Below are positions 1 through 9,262 of a DNA stretch of 20,536 nt, in pieces (within the stretch, counting starts at the first letter, position 1; every line of letters begins with the position of its first letter). The stretch comes from Thermodesulfobacteriota bacterium (GTDB taxonomy: Bacteria > Desulfobacterota > Desulfobulbia > Desulfobulbales > SURF-16), in contig JBDLIE010000048.1 in assembly GCA_039715015.1 (NCBI GenBank), forward strand, positions 1 to 20,536. Reading direction: 5' to 3'. The translations under genes were made by a program, and so were the position numbers. Under the pieces are notes generated by a model. It had not been told where the DNA came from. It did no database searches and worked only from the letters and a program-made list of their open reading frames with translations.

Positions 1-686
1 GTTTTTGTGTCTTGCAGGGAAAGGCTTCTATTGTCGAGATCAACCTGTTTCCAGCGGAGCTTTGCCGCCTCATCGGTCCGCATCCCGGTTTGCAAGAGGG
101 TGAGGATGAACGGGTGGAGCTTTTGGTTGCGGCTTTTTGCACATTCCTCAATAAGCCGATGTCCTTCTTTGATAGACAAAAATCTCTTGCGCCCCTTTGG
201 TGCTGGAGGCCGCTTGATAGCTTTGACCGGATTCTCCACCGGCAGCTCCTGCTCCATTTTTTCAATATTGAACAGATCAGAAAGTAGGGCAAGCTCCTGC
301 CGGACACTGTAAGCGCTGATCTCTTCTAGGCGGTCATCTCGATATTGCGCCATCACTGCCGGGGTTATTGCGCTGATCGGGGTATCTTTGCCCAGGCCTT
401 TTGCGAGCCGAGCAATGGATCTTTTTTCTCTGTCATGGGTAGTAGCAGCCTTCTTGGCGCTCACTTTGTCCTGGTATTTTTGCAGGGTAGCCCCCAGTGG
501 TACCTAGTCTGCCAATCTTGGGTCTTTATATCTCCTGGCCAGGATAGCAGCCTCTATTTCCCCTGCCCAGGCTCTGGCCTTCATTTTTGAGGGAAATGTT
601 CTGCTTACTGCCCGGTGACCTTTCATGCGCACCGTTGCTGTTACCGATGTTTTTGTCTTTCCCTTCCTGACCTGGTAGGTTGCCAC
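1..686 (-). pseudogene. Tyrosine recombinase/phage-type integrase, interrupted by one in-frame TAG (504-506); 3' end runs off the window
   Basis: Manual translation from GTG at 686: MATYQVRKGKTKTSVTATVRMKGHRAVSRTFPSKMKARAWAGEIE (arm-binding-like N-terminus)...PRLAD*VPLGATLQKYQDKVS...TPAVMAQYRDDRLEEISAYSVRQELALLSDLFN...NPVKAIKRP...LLQTGMRTDEAAKLRWKQVDLDNRSLSLQDTK. The frame stays open from 503 to the window edge and contains the TGMRxxE catalytic-Arg box. It lies next to a tRNA 3' fragment. Confidence 0.9.
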
Positions 687-693
687 GCTCTTT

Positions 694-760
694 TGTTGAC
701 AAATGTTGTATTTTTGTTGCACATCTTTTCAAAAAGTTACCAAAAGCTACTAAAAGAACC
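694..760. repeat. Two sets of short direct repeats with ~10-bp period, putative integrase arm-type binding sites
   Basis: TGTTG x3 at 694, 704 and 715; AAAAAGTTAC/CAAAAGCTAC/TAAAAGAACC at 731-760. They lie between the tRNA fragment and the integrase start. Function is inferred. Confidence 0.5.
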
Positions 761-779
761 AACAACAATTAAGACAATG

Positions 780-820
780 AAAAAAGCCCGAACCCCTTTA
801 TTTTCTTAGGGGTTCGGGCT
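780..820 (-). terminator. Rho-independent terminator downstream of the tRNA-Leu fragment
   Basis: Perfect 13-bp inverted repeat AGCCCGAACCCCT (785-797) / AGGGGTTCGGGCT (808-820) with an A-run at 780-785 (U-tail on the minus strand). Confidence 0.85.
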
Positions 821-829
821 GTGTTGTGC

Positions 830-884
830 TGGTACCGGAGGTCGGGATCGAACCGACATGGGGTTGCCCCCGCGGGATTTTGAG
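830..884 (-). mobile_element. 3' half of tRNA-Leu(CAA): att-site duplication, not an intact tRNA
   Basis: Minus strand reads CTCAAAA TCCCG C GGGGGCAACCCC AT GTCGG TTCGATC CCGAC CTCCGGT ACCA: anticodon loop with CAA, long variable arm, T-arm and CCA end. Similarity stops at the anticodon loop; no D-arm or 5' acceptor strand is present. Confidence 0.9.
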
Positions 885-1083
885 CATTTCTCATGGAGCC
901 TTTTGCTGCAATAGCTTAATTTCAATTTTCTTATATTAATAGGCTTGTAACGTGTCTGCTAAAATAAGGTCTATTCACAATGTGCCACTCGTTTCCTCTG
1001 AGGGATAAAACCAGCCCTCTTCTGGCTCCTCATTGATGACTGATGTTTCTTGTTTTCACGCTGCAAACCTTGAACGACCATTT

Positions 1084-1099
1084 TGTAGCTCACAGAACA
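1084..1099. promoter_or_regulatory. NifA upstream activator sequence for nifV
   Basis: TGT-agctcacaga-ACA, exact TGT-N10-ACA, ~120 bp upstream of a -24/-12 promoter. Confidence 0.7.
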
Positions 1100-1217
1100 T
1101 GCAGTTTTACATAAATGTTATTCCACCCCATGGAACACTTGGCCTTGCCTTATTTTCTGCAACGAACTATCCCACACTTAACAAGGGAAAGAATATTTCC
1201 CGCTTTTCTCTCGTCTG

Positions 1218-1233
1218 TGGCATGCCTTTGGCA
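1218..1233 (+). promoter_or_regulatory. sigma54 (-24/-12) promoter of nifV
   Basis: TGGCATGCCTTTGGCA: GG-N10-GC spacing, close to the TGGCACG-N4-TTGCA consensus. Confidence 0.7.
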
Positions 1234-1398
1234 ATAACTATTTCTAACAGGCGAGGATGGTTGTCTTACTTCCCATGACGCAATTCTTCCTCGCACAAGT
1301 TAATAGCCATCTCCACCTTCCTCCAAGTCCCTGGATACCTTAATGGTAGGGTATCCAGGGTGGGGCTTTACAGGAGATGGTACCCATGAGACGTCACA

Positions 1399-2520
1399 TT
1401 GCTCAGACTCATAGACACAACTCTGCGCGAAGGAGAACAGACCTCTGGTATTCACCTCTCTCTTGCAGCTAAGAAGCAGATCTTCGCCGGATTGGCAATG
1501 ATCGGCGTTGATGAGATTGAAATGGGTGGAGCCACCGTTGCCAATCCGGACCTTGCCAAGCTGTCTAGATATGTTGGTGAACATTTCCCCGGACAGTCCG
1601 TTTCACTTTGGTGTCGGTGTCTTGAAGCCGATATCCGTTTTGCAGCAACGCTCAGGCCTTCCGTGCTTTCTCTTTCCATCCCGGCCTCGGACCTCCATCT
1701 TGCCAAGAAGTTTGGCAAAGACCAGGTCTGGGCCTGTGCCAAAGTTGCGGCCTCAGTGCGTCTTGCTCTTTCTCTAGGTATTAAGAAGGTGGCCCTGGGA
1801 CTTGAGGATGGCAGTCGGGCTGACCGTGACTTTCTTCGCCTGCTTGGCAAGGTAGCCAAGGATGCCGGGGTTTTTCGAGTCCGAATTGCCGATACGGTTG
1901 GTGTTGCTGATCCAACGATGATGGCCGAGCTTGTTGGGTTAATTGCTGAAACAGGTTTGGATGTGGCAGTGCATTGCCATAATGATTTCGGCATGGCCAC
2001 GGCAAATACAATCACGGCCTTTGGCGCCGGTGCCAAATGGGGGGACGTGACCATCCTTGGCCTTGGAGAACGAGCCGGCAATAGCAGGCTCGAGGAAGTC
2101 CTTGCTTATCTTGTCCTCCAGAAAGGATCGACAAAATATAATCTTGAAGAGGTCGTCAAACTCTGCCGTCAGGTGGCCCAAGAAACCGGGCGGCATATCC
2201 CCAGCCATCAGCCCTTGTTAGGCGAAGCCATTTTTGCCTGTGAGTCGGGCATTCATCAGCAAGGGCTGTTGGCCGACCCCACCACCTACGAGCCCTTTGC
2301 CCCGGAGCTTATTGGCAAGAAAAGAACATTATTGCTAGGTTCAGGCAGTGGCCGTCATGGCCTGCGCGCCACCCTAGAGCGTTTGCAGATTCCTAAGCCT
2401 GACGATGGCGATTTTCTTCATCTTTGGAAACGGATGCGTACGCAGGCCGCCCACCTCAGGCGTCCCCTCCATGACCGGGAAATCTACCAGCTGGCTATTA
2501 ATGGCAGCAGCCTTTTGTAA
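1399..2520 (+). CDS. nifV: Homocitrate synthase (NifV, DRE-TIM family)
   Basis: DTTLREGEQ, IADTVG, HCHNDFGMATAN, GLGERAGN and ESGIH motifs; nif context. The TTG start is uncertain (see findings). Confidence 0.88.
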   Translation: MLRLIDTTLREGEQTSGIHLSLAAKKQIFAGLAMIGVDEIEMGGATVANPDLAKLSRYVGEHFPGQSVSLWCRCLEADIRFAATLRPSVLSLSIPASDLHLAKKFGKDQVWACAKVAASVRLALSLGIKKVALGLEDGSRADRDFLRLLGKVAKDAGVFRVRIADTVGVADPTMMAELVGLIAETGLDVAVHCHNDFGMATANTITAFGAGAKWGDVTILGLGERAGNSRLEEVLAYLVLQKGSTKYNLEEVVKLCRQVAQETGRHIPSHQPLLGEAIFACESGIHQQGLLADPTTYEPFAPELIGKKRTLLLGSGSGRHGLRATLERLQIPKPDDGDFLHLWKRMRTQAAHLRRPLHDREIYQLAINGSSLL

Positions 2521-2533
2521 GCAACCCAGCCTG

Positions 2534-3589
2534 TTAGTAAAGCCTGCGAAAAGCCGAAGCCTTAATCACTGCCACTACTTCAGCACCTTTTTTGATATCA
2601 AGTTCGCGCACTGATTCCGGCACGATCTGGGAGACGATACTGCCGCCATTAATGGCCAATTCCACCCCCATCCTATTGCCGTCGCCAAAGACATCCAAAA
2701 TCAGACAAGGCAGGAGGTTGCGGGCACTGGTGGCCTCAGGGTGCTTCTTAAAGAGGGTGACATCCTTGGCGCCCAGTTCAAAGAGGTTGTCGCCCTTGTC
2801 GCCAGGCTCGGCAAGGATAAGCTCGCTGCTCCCCCACCTATAAGACCAAAGATCGCCATGTGGGCTCGGAGAGCTTAGGTTCAGGAGATTGGCATAACCC
2901 CGGCTGCCTGATACCAGATGACGGCGGGCCAGATCTTCGACAGCCATGCGCTGATCCAGCCGGCCATTATCAAAAACCAAGACCTCGTCGGTCATCAAGC
3001 GGATCTCCTCAAGGGAATGGCTGATAAAGAGAAGGGGAACCTTAAACTGCTCCAGGACCTTTCGCAGGTAGGGGATAATCTGGAATTTCAGCTCCTGATC
3101 AAGGCCGGTCAGGGGTTCGTCCATCAAGATGAGGCGCGGATAGGCAAGCACGGTTCGCCCCAGGGCAACCCGTTGCCGCTCGCCGCCGGAAAGCCTGTTC
3201 ACTCCACGATCCAGGAGATGCTCAAGGTTGAGGGCCTTAATTATTGCTTCCGGGGTGATGCGCCGCTGCGCTGCCGGAGTGCGCTGCCAGCCGTACATTA
3301 GATTGCGGTGGACATTCATGTGCGGGAAGAGGTGGGAGTGCTGAAAAACCACACCGATCCGGCGCTCTTGAGGTGACAGGTTGATCTTTTTTTCGCTGTC
3401 AAAAAGAGTGAAGTCATCAAGGATAATCCTACCCTTGTCTGGTCTAAGCAGCCCGGCCAGGATGTGCATGAGGGTGGATTTACCGCTGCCAGAAGGGCCG
3501 AAAATGCCGCATTTTTCTCCGGCCAGACTAAAGGCAACCTGCAGGGAAAAATCGCCTATGTTTTTTTCGACATCTACCTCAAAATGCAC
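2534..3589 (-). CDS. modC: Molybdate ABC transporter ATP-binding subunit with C-terminal TOBE domain
   Basis: Walker A GPSGSGKST, LSGGERQRVALGR, LMDEP, ISHS; C-terminal 'ELDIKKGAEVVAVIKAS' TOBE-like segment. Confidence 0.95.
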   Translation of the reverse strand: MHFEVDVEKNIGDFSLQVAFSLAGEKCGIFGPSGSGKSTLMHILAGLLRPDKGRIILDDFTLFDSEKKINLSPQERRIGVVFQHSHLFPHMNVHRNLMYGWQRTPAAQRRITPEAIIKALNLEHLLDRGVNRLSGGERQRVALGRTVLAYPRLILMDEPLTGLDQELKFQIIPYLRKVLEQFKVPLLFISHSLEEIRLMTDEVLVFDNGRLDQRMAVEDLARRHLVSGSRGYANLLNLSSPSPHGDLWSYRWGSSELILAEPGDKGDNLFELGAKDVTLFKKHPEATSARNLLPCLILDVFGDGNRMGVELAINGGSIVSQIVPESVRELDIKKGAEVVAVIKASAFRRLY

Positions 3590-3593
3590 GCCT

Positions 3594-4277
3594 CTACCTC
3601 TTCCTAAATGAACGGGCCGAAGCCTCGCTGATCAGCAGCACAACAAACGAAAGAGCTATGGAGACCAAACAGAGCGACAAGGCCATACTGTCGCCTCCCG
3701 GCGTGTTGGTATATTCATAGATGGCCAGGGGAATGGTCTGGGTAACACCGGGGATATTGCCGGCCAGGATAATAGTTGCGCCAAATTCGCCGAGGCTTCT
3801 GGCAAACATCAGGGTCATACCGGCGACAATGGCCCGCCCGGAGAGGGGCAGGATAATGGTGTACACACTGTCCCACCACTTGGCCCCTAAAGTTCGGGCT
3901 GCCTGAAGATAGTGTCCGTCGATGCCCTCCATGCCGATACGGATGGAGCGGACCAGAAGCGGAAAACCCACCACAGAAGAGGCAATCACCGCTCCCTTCA
4001 GAGTAAAAATAATCCGCAGGTCAAGAAAGCGCAGAGCCGGACCAAGGGTGCCGGACTGGCCAAAGAGCAACAGGAGCAGATAGCCGATAACCACTGGTGG
4101 TAATACCAGAGGCAGGTTGACGATCCCTTCTAAAAGGGTGCGGCCTGGAATCCTGGTGAAGACCAGCAGGTAGGCAGTGGCAATGCCAAAGGGCAGGGAG
4201 AGCAGAGTGCCAGCCGTGGCAACTTTGAGTGACAGAACAATGGCCTGTATATCCTGAGGGGTGAGCGATAACATCAT
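3594..4277 (-). CDS. modB: Molybdate ABC transporter permease
   Basis: LPLVLPPVVIGYLLL, AARTLGA (EAA loop), FARSLGEFGATI, NIPGVTQTIPLAIY. Confidence 0.95.
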   Translation of the reverse strand: MMLSLTPQDIQAIVLSLKVATAGTLLSLPFGIATAYLLVFTRIPGRTLLEGIVNLPLVLPPVVIGYLLLLLFGQSGTLGPALRFLDLRIIFTLKGAVIASSVVGFPLLVRSIRIGMEGIDGHYLQAARTLGAKWWDSVYTIILPLSGRAIVAGMTLMFARSLGEFGATIILAGNIPGVTQTIPLAIYEYTNTPGGDSMALSLCLVSIALSFVVLLISEASARSFRKR

Positions 4278-5089
4278 CTTTGCTGCAAATCAGGATCGGG
4301 CACCGATGCAGTCTCAAAACCATAGTTGGTGAGTATTTTGCTGGCTTCGTGGCTCTTGAGAAAGCTAAAAAATGCTTGGGCCGCGTTGTTTTTAGCGCCA
4401 TGAAGAGTGAGGCCCATGGGGTAGACTATTCGCTCATGGAGCTCTGCCGGAACGTTGAAAAGAATTGTAGCATGGCGGCCAAGCAGGGCATCGCTGCGGT
4501 AGACAAAGGCGCCGTCCACTTCGCCGCGCTCGGCATAAATCAATGCCTGGCTGACATCCTTAGCCATGACCAGCTTATGTTCCCTGACCATCTGTTGGTA
4601 AATCCCAGCCTTTGTCATGGCCTGGGCAGCATACTGGCCGGCCGGTACACTCCGTGGGCTGCCGATGGCTATGTGGGACAGAGAGGCCACATCCTTCATG
4701 GTTTTTATCCTTGTCTGGTCTCTGCCGACAAAAACAAGGGCATTATAGGCAAAATCATGGACTGTTTGTGGCTTGATGGCCTTTTTTGGGACGAGATAAT
4801 CCAGCCATTTCTGGTTGGCAGAGATGTAGATATCAGCAGGCGCTCCTTGGAGGATCTGTTTGGCCAGGGAGCCTGACGAGGCAAAATTGGGAAGAATCGT
4901 TATGTCGGGGTTTTCTTTGGTGAATGATCTGACCAATTCTTTGACCGCGTCGTTCATGCTGGCAGCAGCCGAAAGCCGCACCTCAGCAGAAAGGGCCGGC
5001 AGCGGCACCAGTAGCAAGGCCAGGAGCAGCATTATTGCCATGGATAAAATGCTGCGCCCTATTTTCGTTGGTCCTGCCACTCTTGCCAT
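4274..5089 (-). CDS. modA: Molybdate ABC transporter periplasmic binding protein
   Basis: Signal-peptide-like N-terminus, SAAASM, NFASSGSLAKQI, APADIYISAN, SVPAGQYA, AFVYRSDA; GGAG RBS; 4-bp overlap with modB. Confidence 0.95.
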   Translation of the reverse strand: MARVAGPTKIGRSILSMAIMLLLALLLVPLPALSAEVRLSAAASMNDAVKELVRSFTKENPDITILPNFASSGSLAKQILQGAPADIYISANQKWLDYLVPKKAIKPQTVHDFAYNALVFVGRDQTRIKTMKDVASLSHIAIGSPRSVPAGQYAAQAMTKAGIYQQMVREHKLVMAKDVSQALIYAERGEVDGAFVYRSDALLGRHATILFNVPAELHERIVYPMGLTLHGAKNNAAQAFFSFLKSHEASKILTNYGFETASVPDPDLQQR

Positions 5090-5138
5090 TGCTCCGTCTC
5101 TTCTTTTAAAAAATTCTCAAGTCGTTGTTGGCTCTGCC

Positions 5139-5169
5139 AAAAATAGGCAAGCAGCCCCTCGCCGCTTGC
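5139..5169 (-). terminator. Possible weak terminator/attenuator between nifA and modA
   Basis: Minus strand GCAAGCGGC-GAGGG-GCTGCTTGC (9-bp stem, one G-U pair) followed by CTATTTTT. Confidence 0.4.
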
Positions 5170-5236
5170 TGTCAGCCGCGCCCCACTGCAAAGTATGACG
5201 GGTGTGCAAGCCCTTATTGGGCAAGTGCTCAGGGGG

Positions 5237-6871
5237 TTAACTCCCTTCATCCAGGGCAAAGCTGGGCCGGACCAGGTTAAACTTCTTGATTCGATAGCCC
5301 ATCTGGCGCTGGGTAAGCCCCAACGCCCGGGCAGCCCGGGCCTGTACCCAGCCGTTGCGACGCAGAGCGGCCTCAATCTCCTGGCGTTCCATATCGCGTA
5401 ACGAGCTGGGGGCAAGGGGCTGAGAAAATGGTGTGTTCTGGGGCATACTGACTGGTACCTCTGGCATACTCTCCGGTGCCTGAACATGAGGCACCCGACC
5501 CATATGGTCGTGAAGATCCATGGGCCTGATCACCATATCATCAGCCAAGATCACCAACCGCTCAACTAGGTTCTGCAACTCCCGGACATTGCCGGGCCAC
5601 GAATAATTGACCAGGTAATCAAGGGCATCATGGGCCAGAATCACATCCTTATCATTACGCTCATTGCTGGAGCGCAGAAAATGCTCAAGGAGCAAAGGGA
5701 TATCATCCCTTCTCTCTCTAAGGGGCGGAAGGCTGACCGGTACCACATTGAGGCGATAGAAAAGATCGCTGCGGAACTGACCACGGTTGACCGATTCCTC
5801 AAGATCAATATTGGTGGCGGCAATGATGCGCACATCAACGGTGATGGTGCGGGTGCCGCCGATCCGCTCAAACTGGCTTTCCTGTATTACACGCAGGAGC
5901 TTGGCCTGGAGGAGGAGCGGCATCTCGCCGATTTCATCTAAAAAAATGGTGCCGCCGTGGGCCAGCTCAAAGCGGCCAGGCTTGGCGCTACTGGCCCCGG
6001 TAAAGGCACCTTTTTCATGACCAAGGAGTTCGCTTTCCAGCAGATTTTCCGGTAGAGCAGCACAGTTAACCTTGATAAAGGCCCCATCTTTTCTGGGACT
6101 GGCCTCATGGATGGCCCGAGCCACAAGCTCTTTGCCGGTACCTGATTCCCCCAAGAGCAGAGCGGTTGCCTTGCTGGGCGCTACCTTTTCAATGGTCCAG
6201 AATACCTCCTGCATGGCATGTGACTTGCCAATGATGTAATGGCGGTTAAAGCGGCTATGGAGCTCTGCCTTAAGTGATTTATTCTCCTCCACCAGCCGTT
6301 CTTCCTTCTGGGCAATGGACTTGTGAAGGACGAGAAACTGGCTGATCAGGGTGGCAAGGACATTTAAAAAGCTGACATCCTCCTCAAAGGCAACCTCAGG
6401 GCCAAAGAGACAATCCACAGTGAGAACTCCGACGGGCCTGCTCTCCACAAAAAGTGGCACGCCGATAAAGGAGAGTTTCTTTTTGCTGATTCTTCGCGCC
6501 CCGGTGCGGTTCAAAAAGAGGGGTTCACTGTTGACATCCGGCACCACGCAGGGTGAGCCAGTCTGAAAAATCTGACCGCAGACACCCTCTGACAACCCGT
6601 AGATGCCCCGGCGCTCCTCTTCGATACTGAGACCATAGGAGGCCTTGATGCTCAGGCGTTTTCTCTTAGGATCGACAAGAACCAGGGATGCTCTCTCCAT
6701 GCGGAGAATATCGTGGAGGACCTGCAGCACTCGGCCCAGGGTGGTATCTAAGTGGACGGCCTCGCCAATGAGTTTGCACACCTCAGAAAGGGCCCGAATT
6801 TTCAGGGTCTCCAGATGAGGGGGCGCTGGTGGCATGTCGGCGGCCAGTGTCGTTTTATCCATATAATCCAT
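5237..6871 (-). CDS. nifA: NifA-type sigma54-dependent activator (GAF-AAA+-HTH)
   Basis: N-terminal GAF domain, [35 protein letters not shown] and C-terminal HTH ([23 protein letters not shown]). Start moved from 6985 to ATG at 6871 because GAGAGG precedes it and a sigma54 promoter lies inside the longer ORF. Confidence 0.93.
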   Translation of the reverse strand: MDYMDKTTLAADMPPAPPHLETLKIRALSEVCKLIGEAVHLDTTLGRVLQVLHDILRMERASLVLVDPKRKRLSIKASYGLSIEEERRGIYGLSEGVCGQIFQTGSPCVVPDVNSEPLFLNRTGARRISKKKLSFIGVPLFVESRPVGVLTVDCLFGPEVAFEEDVSFLNVLATLISQFLVLHKSIAQKEERLVEENKSLKAELHSRFNRHYIIGKSHAMQEVFWTIEKVAPSKATALLLGESGTGKELVARAIHEASPRKDGAFIKVNCAALPENLLESELLGHEKGAFTGASSAKPGRFELAHGGTIFLDEIGEMPLLLQAKLLRVIQESQFERIGGTRTITVDVRIIAATNIDLEESVNRGQFRSDLFYRLNVVPVSLPPLRERRDDIPLLLEHFLRSSNERNDKDVILAHDALDYLVNYSWPGNVRELQNLVERLVILADDMVIRPMDLHDHMGRVPHVQAPESMPEVPVSMPQNTPFSQPLAPSSLRDMERQEIEAALRRNGWVQARAARALGLTQRQMGYRIKKFNLVRPSFALDEGS

Positions 6872-6952
6872 GTTCAACCTCTCATTGCCGACCATGCAGG
6901 AAGTCCTGCGGCCTCTCTCCAGACCATAATTGTCGGCTTTCGACCAAGGTAG

Positions 6953-6968
6953 AGCAACATACGTGCCA
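6953..6968 (-). promoter_or_regulatory. sigma54 (-24/-12) promoter of nifA
   Basis: Minus strand TGGCACGTATGTTGCT, a full match to the consensus. Confidence 0.85.
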
Positions 6969-7191
6969 TGTCGTAAAAACGCCATTTTCGGGCCATTTTT
7001 GATAGAAATGACTACTTTTTTGTAGGTGGAGGGGTGGGATTTCTACAATTTTGTCTTTTTTCGTTGTTTTGAAGAGGGGCGCTAGGGGAAAAGATGATTG
7101 CTCAATTTGGTTTCTCAGAATTTCGTGATGAACCTTCTGTTCCCGTAGTGATCATTTCATAGTTTTGGCTTCCTAAATTGCTCTACCTTTT

Positions 7192-7226
7192 TGTCATCTT
7201 TCTTCCAAAATGTCGGCAACGTCACA
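7192..7226. promoter_or_regulatory. Tandem NifA UAS upstream of nifH
   Basis: Exact TGT-cggcaacgtc-ACA at 7211-7226, preceded by near-match TGT-catctttctt-CCA at 7192-7207. Confidence 0.75.
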
Positions 7227-7316
7227 AAATGGCGGATGCCGATTCGAGTTCTTTTCAACAGGCCAATAGCCGCTTAACCCTTGCTGGTAAAGGAAAATAA
7301 AAAAAATATTTCTCAA

Positions 7317-7332
7317 TGGCACAACCCTTGAA
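7317..7332 (+). promoter_or_regulatory. sigma54 promoter of the nifH operon (variant -12 GA)
   Basis: TGGCACAACCCTTGAA: GG-N10-GA, ~90 bp downstream of the UAS with an A/T tract between them. Confidence 0.75.
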
Positions 7333-7398
7333 ATTGTTCCTGCTGTACCTCGGAAGCAAGGGGCTCCCTTCTAGCGCAAAGAGACCCGAAACAAATAA

Positions 7399-8286
<888 letters not shown>

Positions 8287-8291
8287 GCAGA

Positions 8292-8432
8292 CAGGATGTT
8301 GAAAAACTACTGCGCTTGGCAATGCGGCGTCAGAGAACGTTGAAGAATACTCGCGTATTTCATATACGCTCCGTTTCTTCAACGCCCTCTTCCTTGCTTT
8401 GCCGGCGCTCGTGAACTTTTTCAATCACCCTG
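8292..8432. repeat. ~141-bp nested palindromic (MITE/REP-like) element
   Basis: Ends CAGGATGTTGAAAAA / TTTTTCAATCACCCTG; inner pairs CGTTGAAGAA (8338-47) / TTCTTCAACG (8375-84) and GCGTAT (8353-58) / ATACGC (8364-69). Confidence 0.75.
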
Positions 8433-8528
8433 CGCGTTCCTCAAAAATTATTGATTCCCGGCTACACGGGTATCGAAATAGATAAACAATAAGTGTTGGT
8501 CGAGGACGGCCAATGTGGAGATAAAACA

Positions 8529-8879
8529 ATGCTAACTATGATCAGATCAATCATTCGTCCTGAAAAAGCGGACGCCGTGCTTGCCGCTCTTATGGATGCA
8601 GGCTTCCCAGCTGTTACCAAATATGCTGTTGCCGGTCGCGGTAAACAACGCGGCATTAAAATCGGCGAGGTCACCTATGATGAGCTTCCCAAGGTCATGC
8701 TGATGAGCGTGGTCAAAGCGGAGGACAAGAATTTCGTTATTGAAACCATTATGGATACCGCCCGTTCCGCAGGTAAAGGTGCCTTTGGTGACGGCAAAAT
8801 CTTTGTCAGCGAAGTGGAGGAATCCTACACCATTAGCTCCGGTGTCAAGGAGACCGCTGCAGAGGAGGTGGCGGCATGA
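8529..8879 (+). CDS. nifI1: PII-family nitrogenase regulator NifI1
   Basis: IIRPEK, GRGKQRG, YDELPK, GAFGDGKIFV; located between nifH and nifD; GGAG RBS before ATG at 8529. Confidence 0.92.
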   Translation: MLTMIRSIIRPEKADAVLAALMDAGFPAVTKYAVAGRGKQRGIKIGEVTYDELPKVMLMSVVKAEDKNFVIETIMDTARSAGKGAFGDGKIFVSEVEESYTISSGVKETAAEEVAA

Positions 8880-9250
8880 AAGAGGTGATCGCCGTTGTGC
8901 GCATTAACATGATGAACCAGACCAAGCAGGCCCTCACCGATTGTGGTGTAGATGCCTTCTTTGCCCACGAGGCCCATGGCCGGGGTCTTGGCTTCGTCAA
9001 TCCCCAGATCTTGGAGGGCGCGGAGCAAGGCTATGAAGAGGCCGCTACCCTCCTCGGTGAAAAGGGCAAGCTCTACCCCAAGCGGATGATTACTGCCGTG
9101 GTGGAAGACAGCCAGGTGGCCTGCGTAGTGGAAACGATTGTCAACACAAACCAGACCGGCATGCCGGGCGACGGTAAGGTTTTTGTCTTGCCCATAAGCG
9201 ATGCAGTCCGGGTCAGGACTGGTGAGGTGGGCGTTAAGTCCATTTCATAA
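8876..9250 (+). CDS. nifI2: PII-family nitrogenase regulator NifI2
   Basis: MKEVIAVVRINMMNQTK, GRGLG, PKRMI, NQTGMPGDGKVFVLP, VRVRTGE; ATGA overlap with nifI1. Confidence 0.92.
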   Translation: MKEVIAVVRINMMNQTKQALTDCGVDAFFAHEAHGRGLGFVNPQILEGAEQGYEEAATLLGEKGKLYPKRMITAVVEDSQVACVVETIVNTNQTGMPGDGKVFVLPISDAVRVRTGEVGVKSIS

Positions 9251-9262
9251 GGAGGAAATATA

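Noticed and set aside
7..809. Plus-strand ORFs over the integrase region, and short ORFs at 1033-1278, 15813-16046 and 20140-20426
   Set aside because: They are antisense to the integrase or run through promoters, terminators and tRNA fragments, with no motif support.
830..884. Intact tRNA-Leu gene
   Set aside because: Sequence beyond the anticodon loop (885 onward) cannot form the 5' anticodon stem, D-arm or acceptor strand.
5090..5236. Moco riboswitch or ModE box upstream of modA
   Set aside because: I could not match either consensus by eye; only a simple hairpin is visible. An Infernal search would be decisive.
6872..6985. N-terminal extension of NifA in the ORF track; likewise 7411 (nifH), 8493 (nifI1), 13672 (ferredoxin) and 14485 (GNAT)
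   Set aside because: Downstream ATGs fit the RBS position and/or family N-termini better; the NifA extension spans its own promoter.
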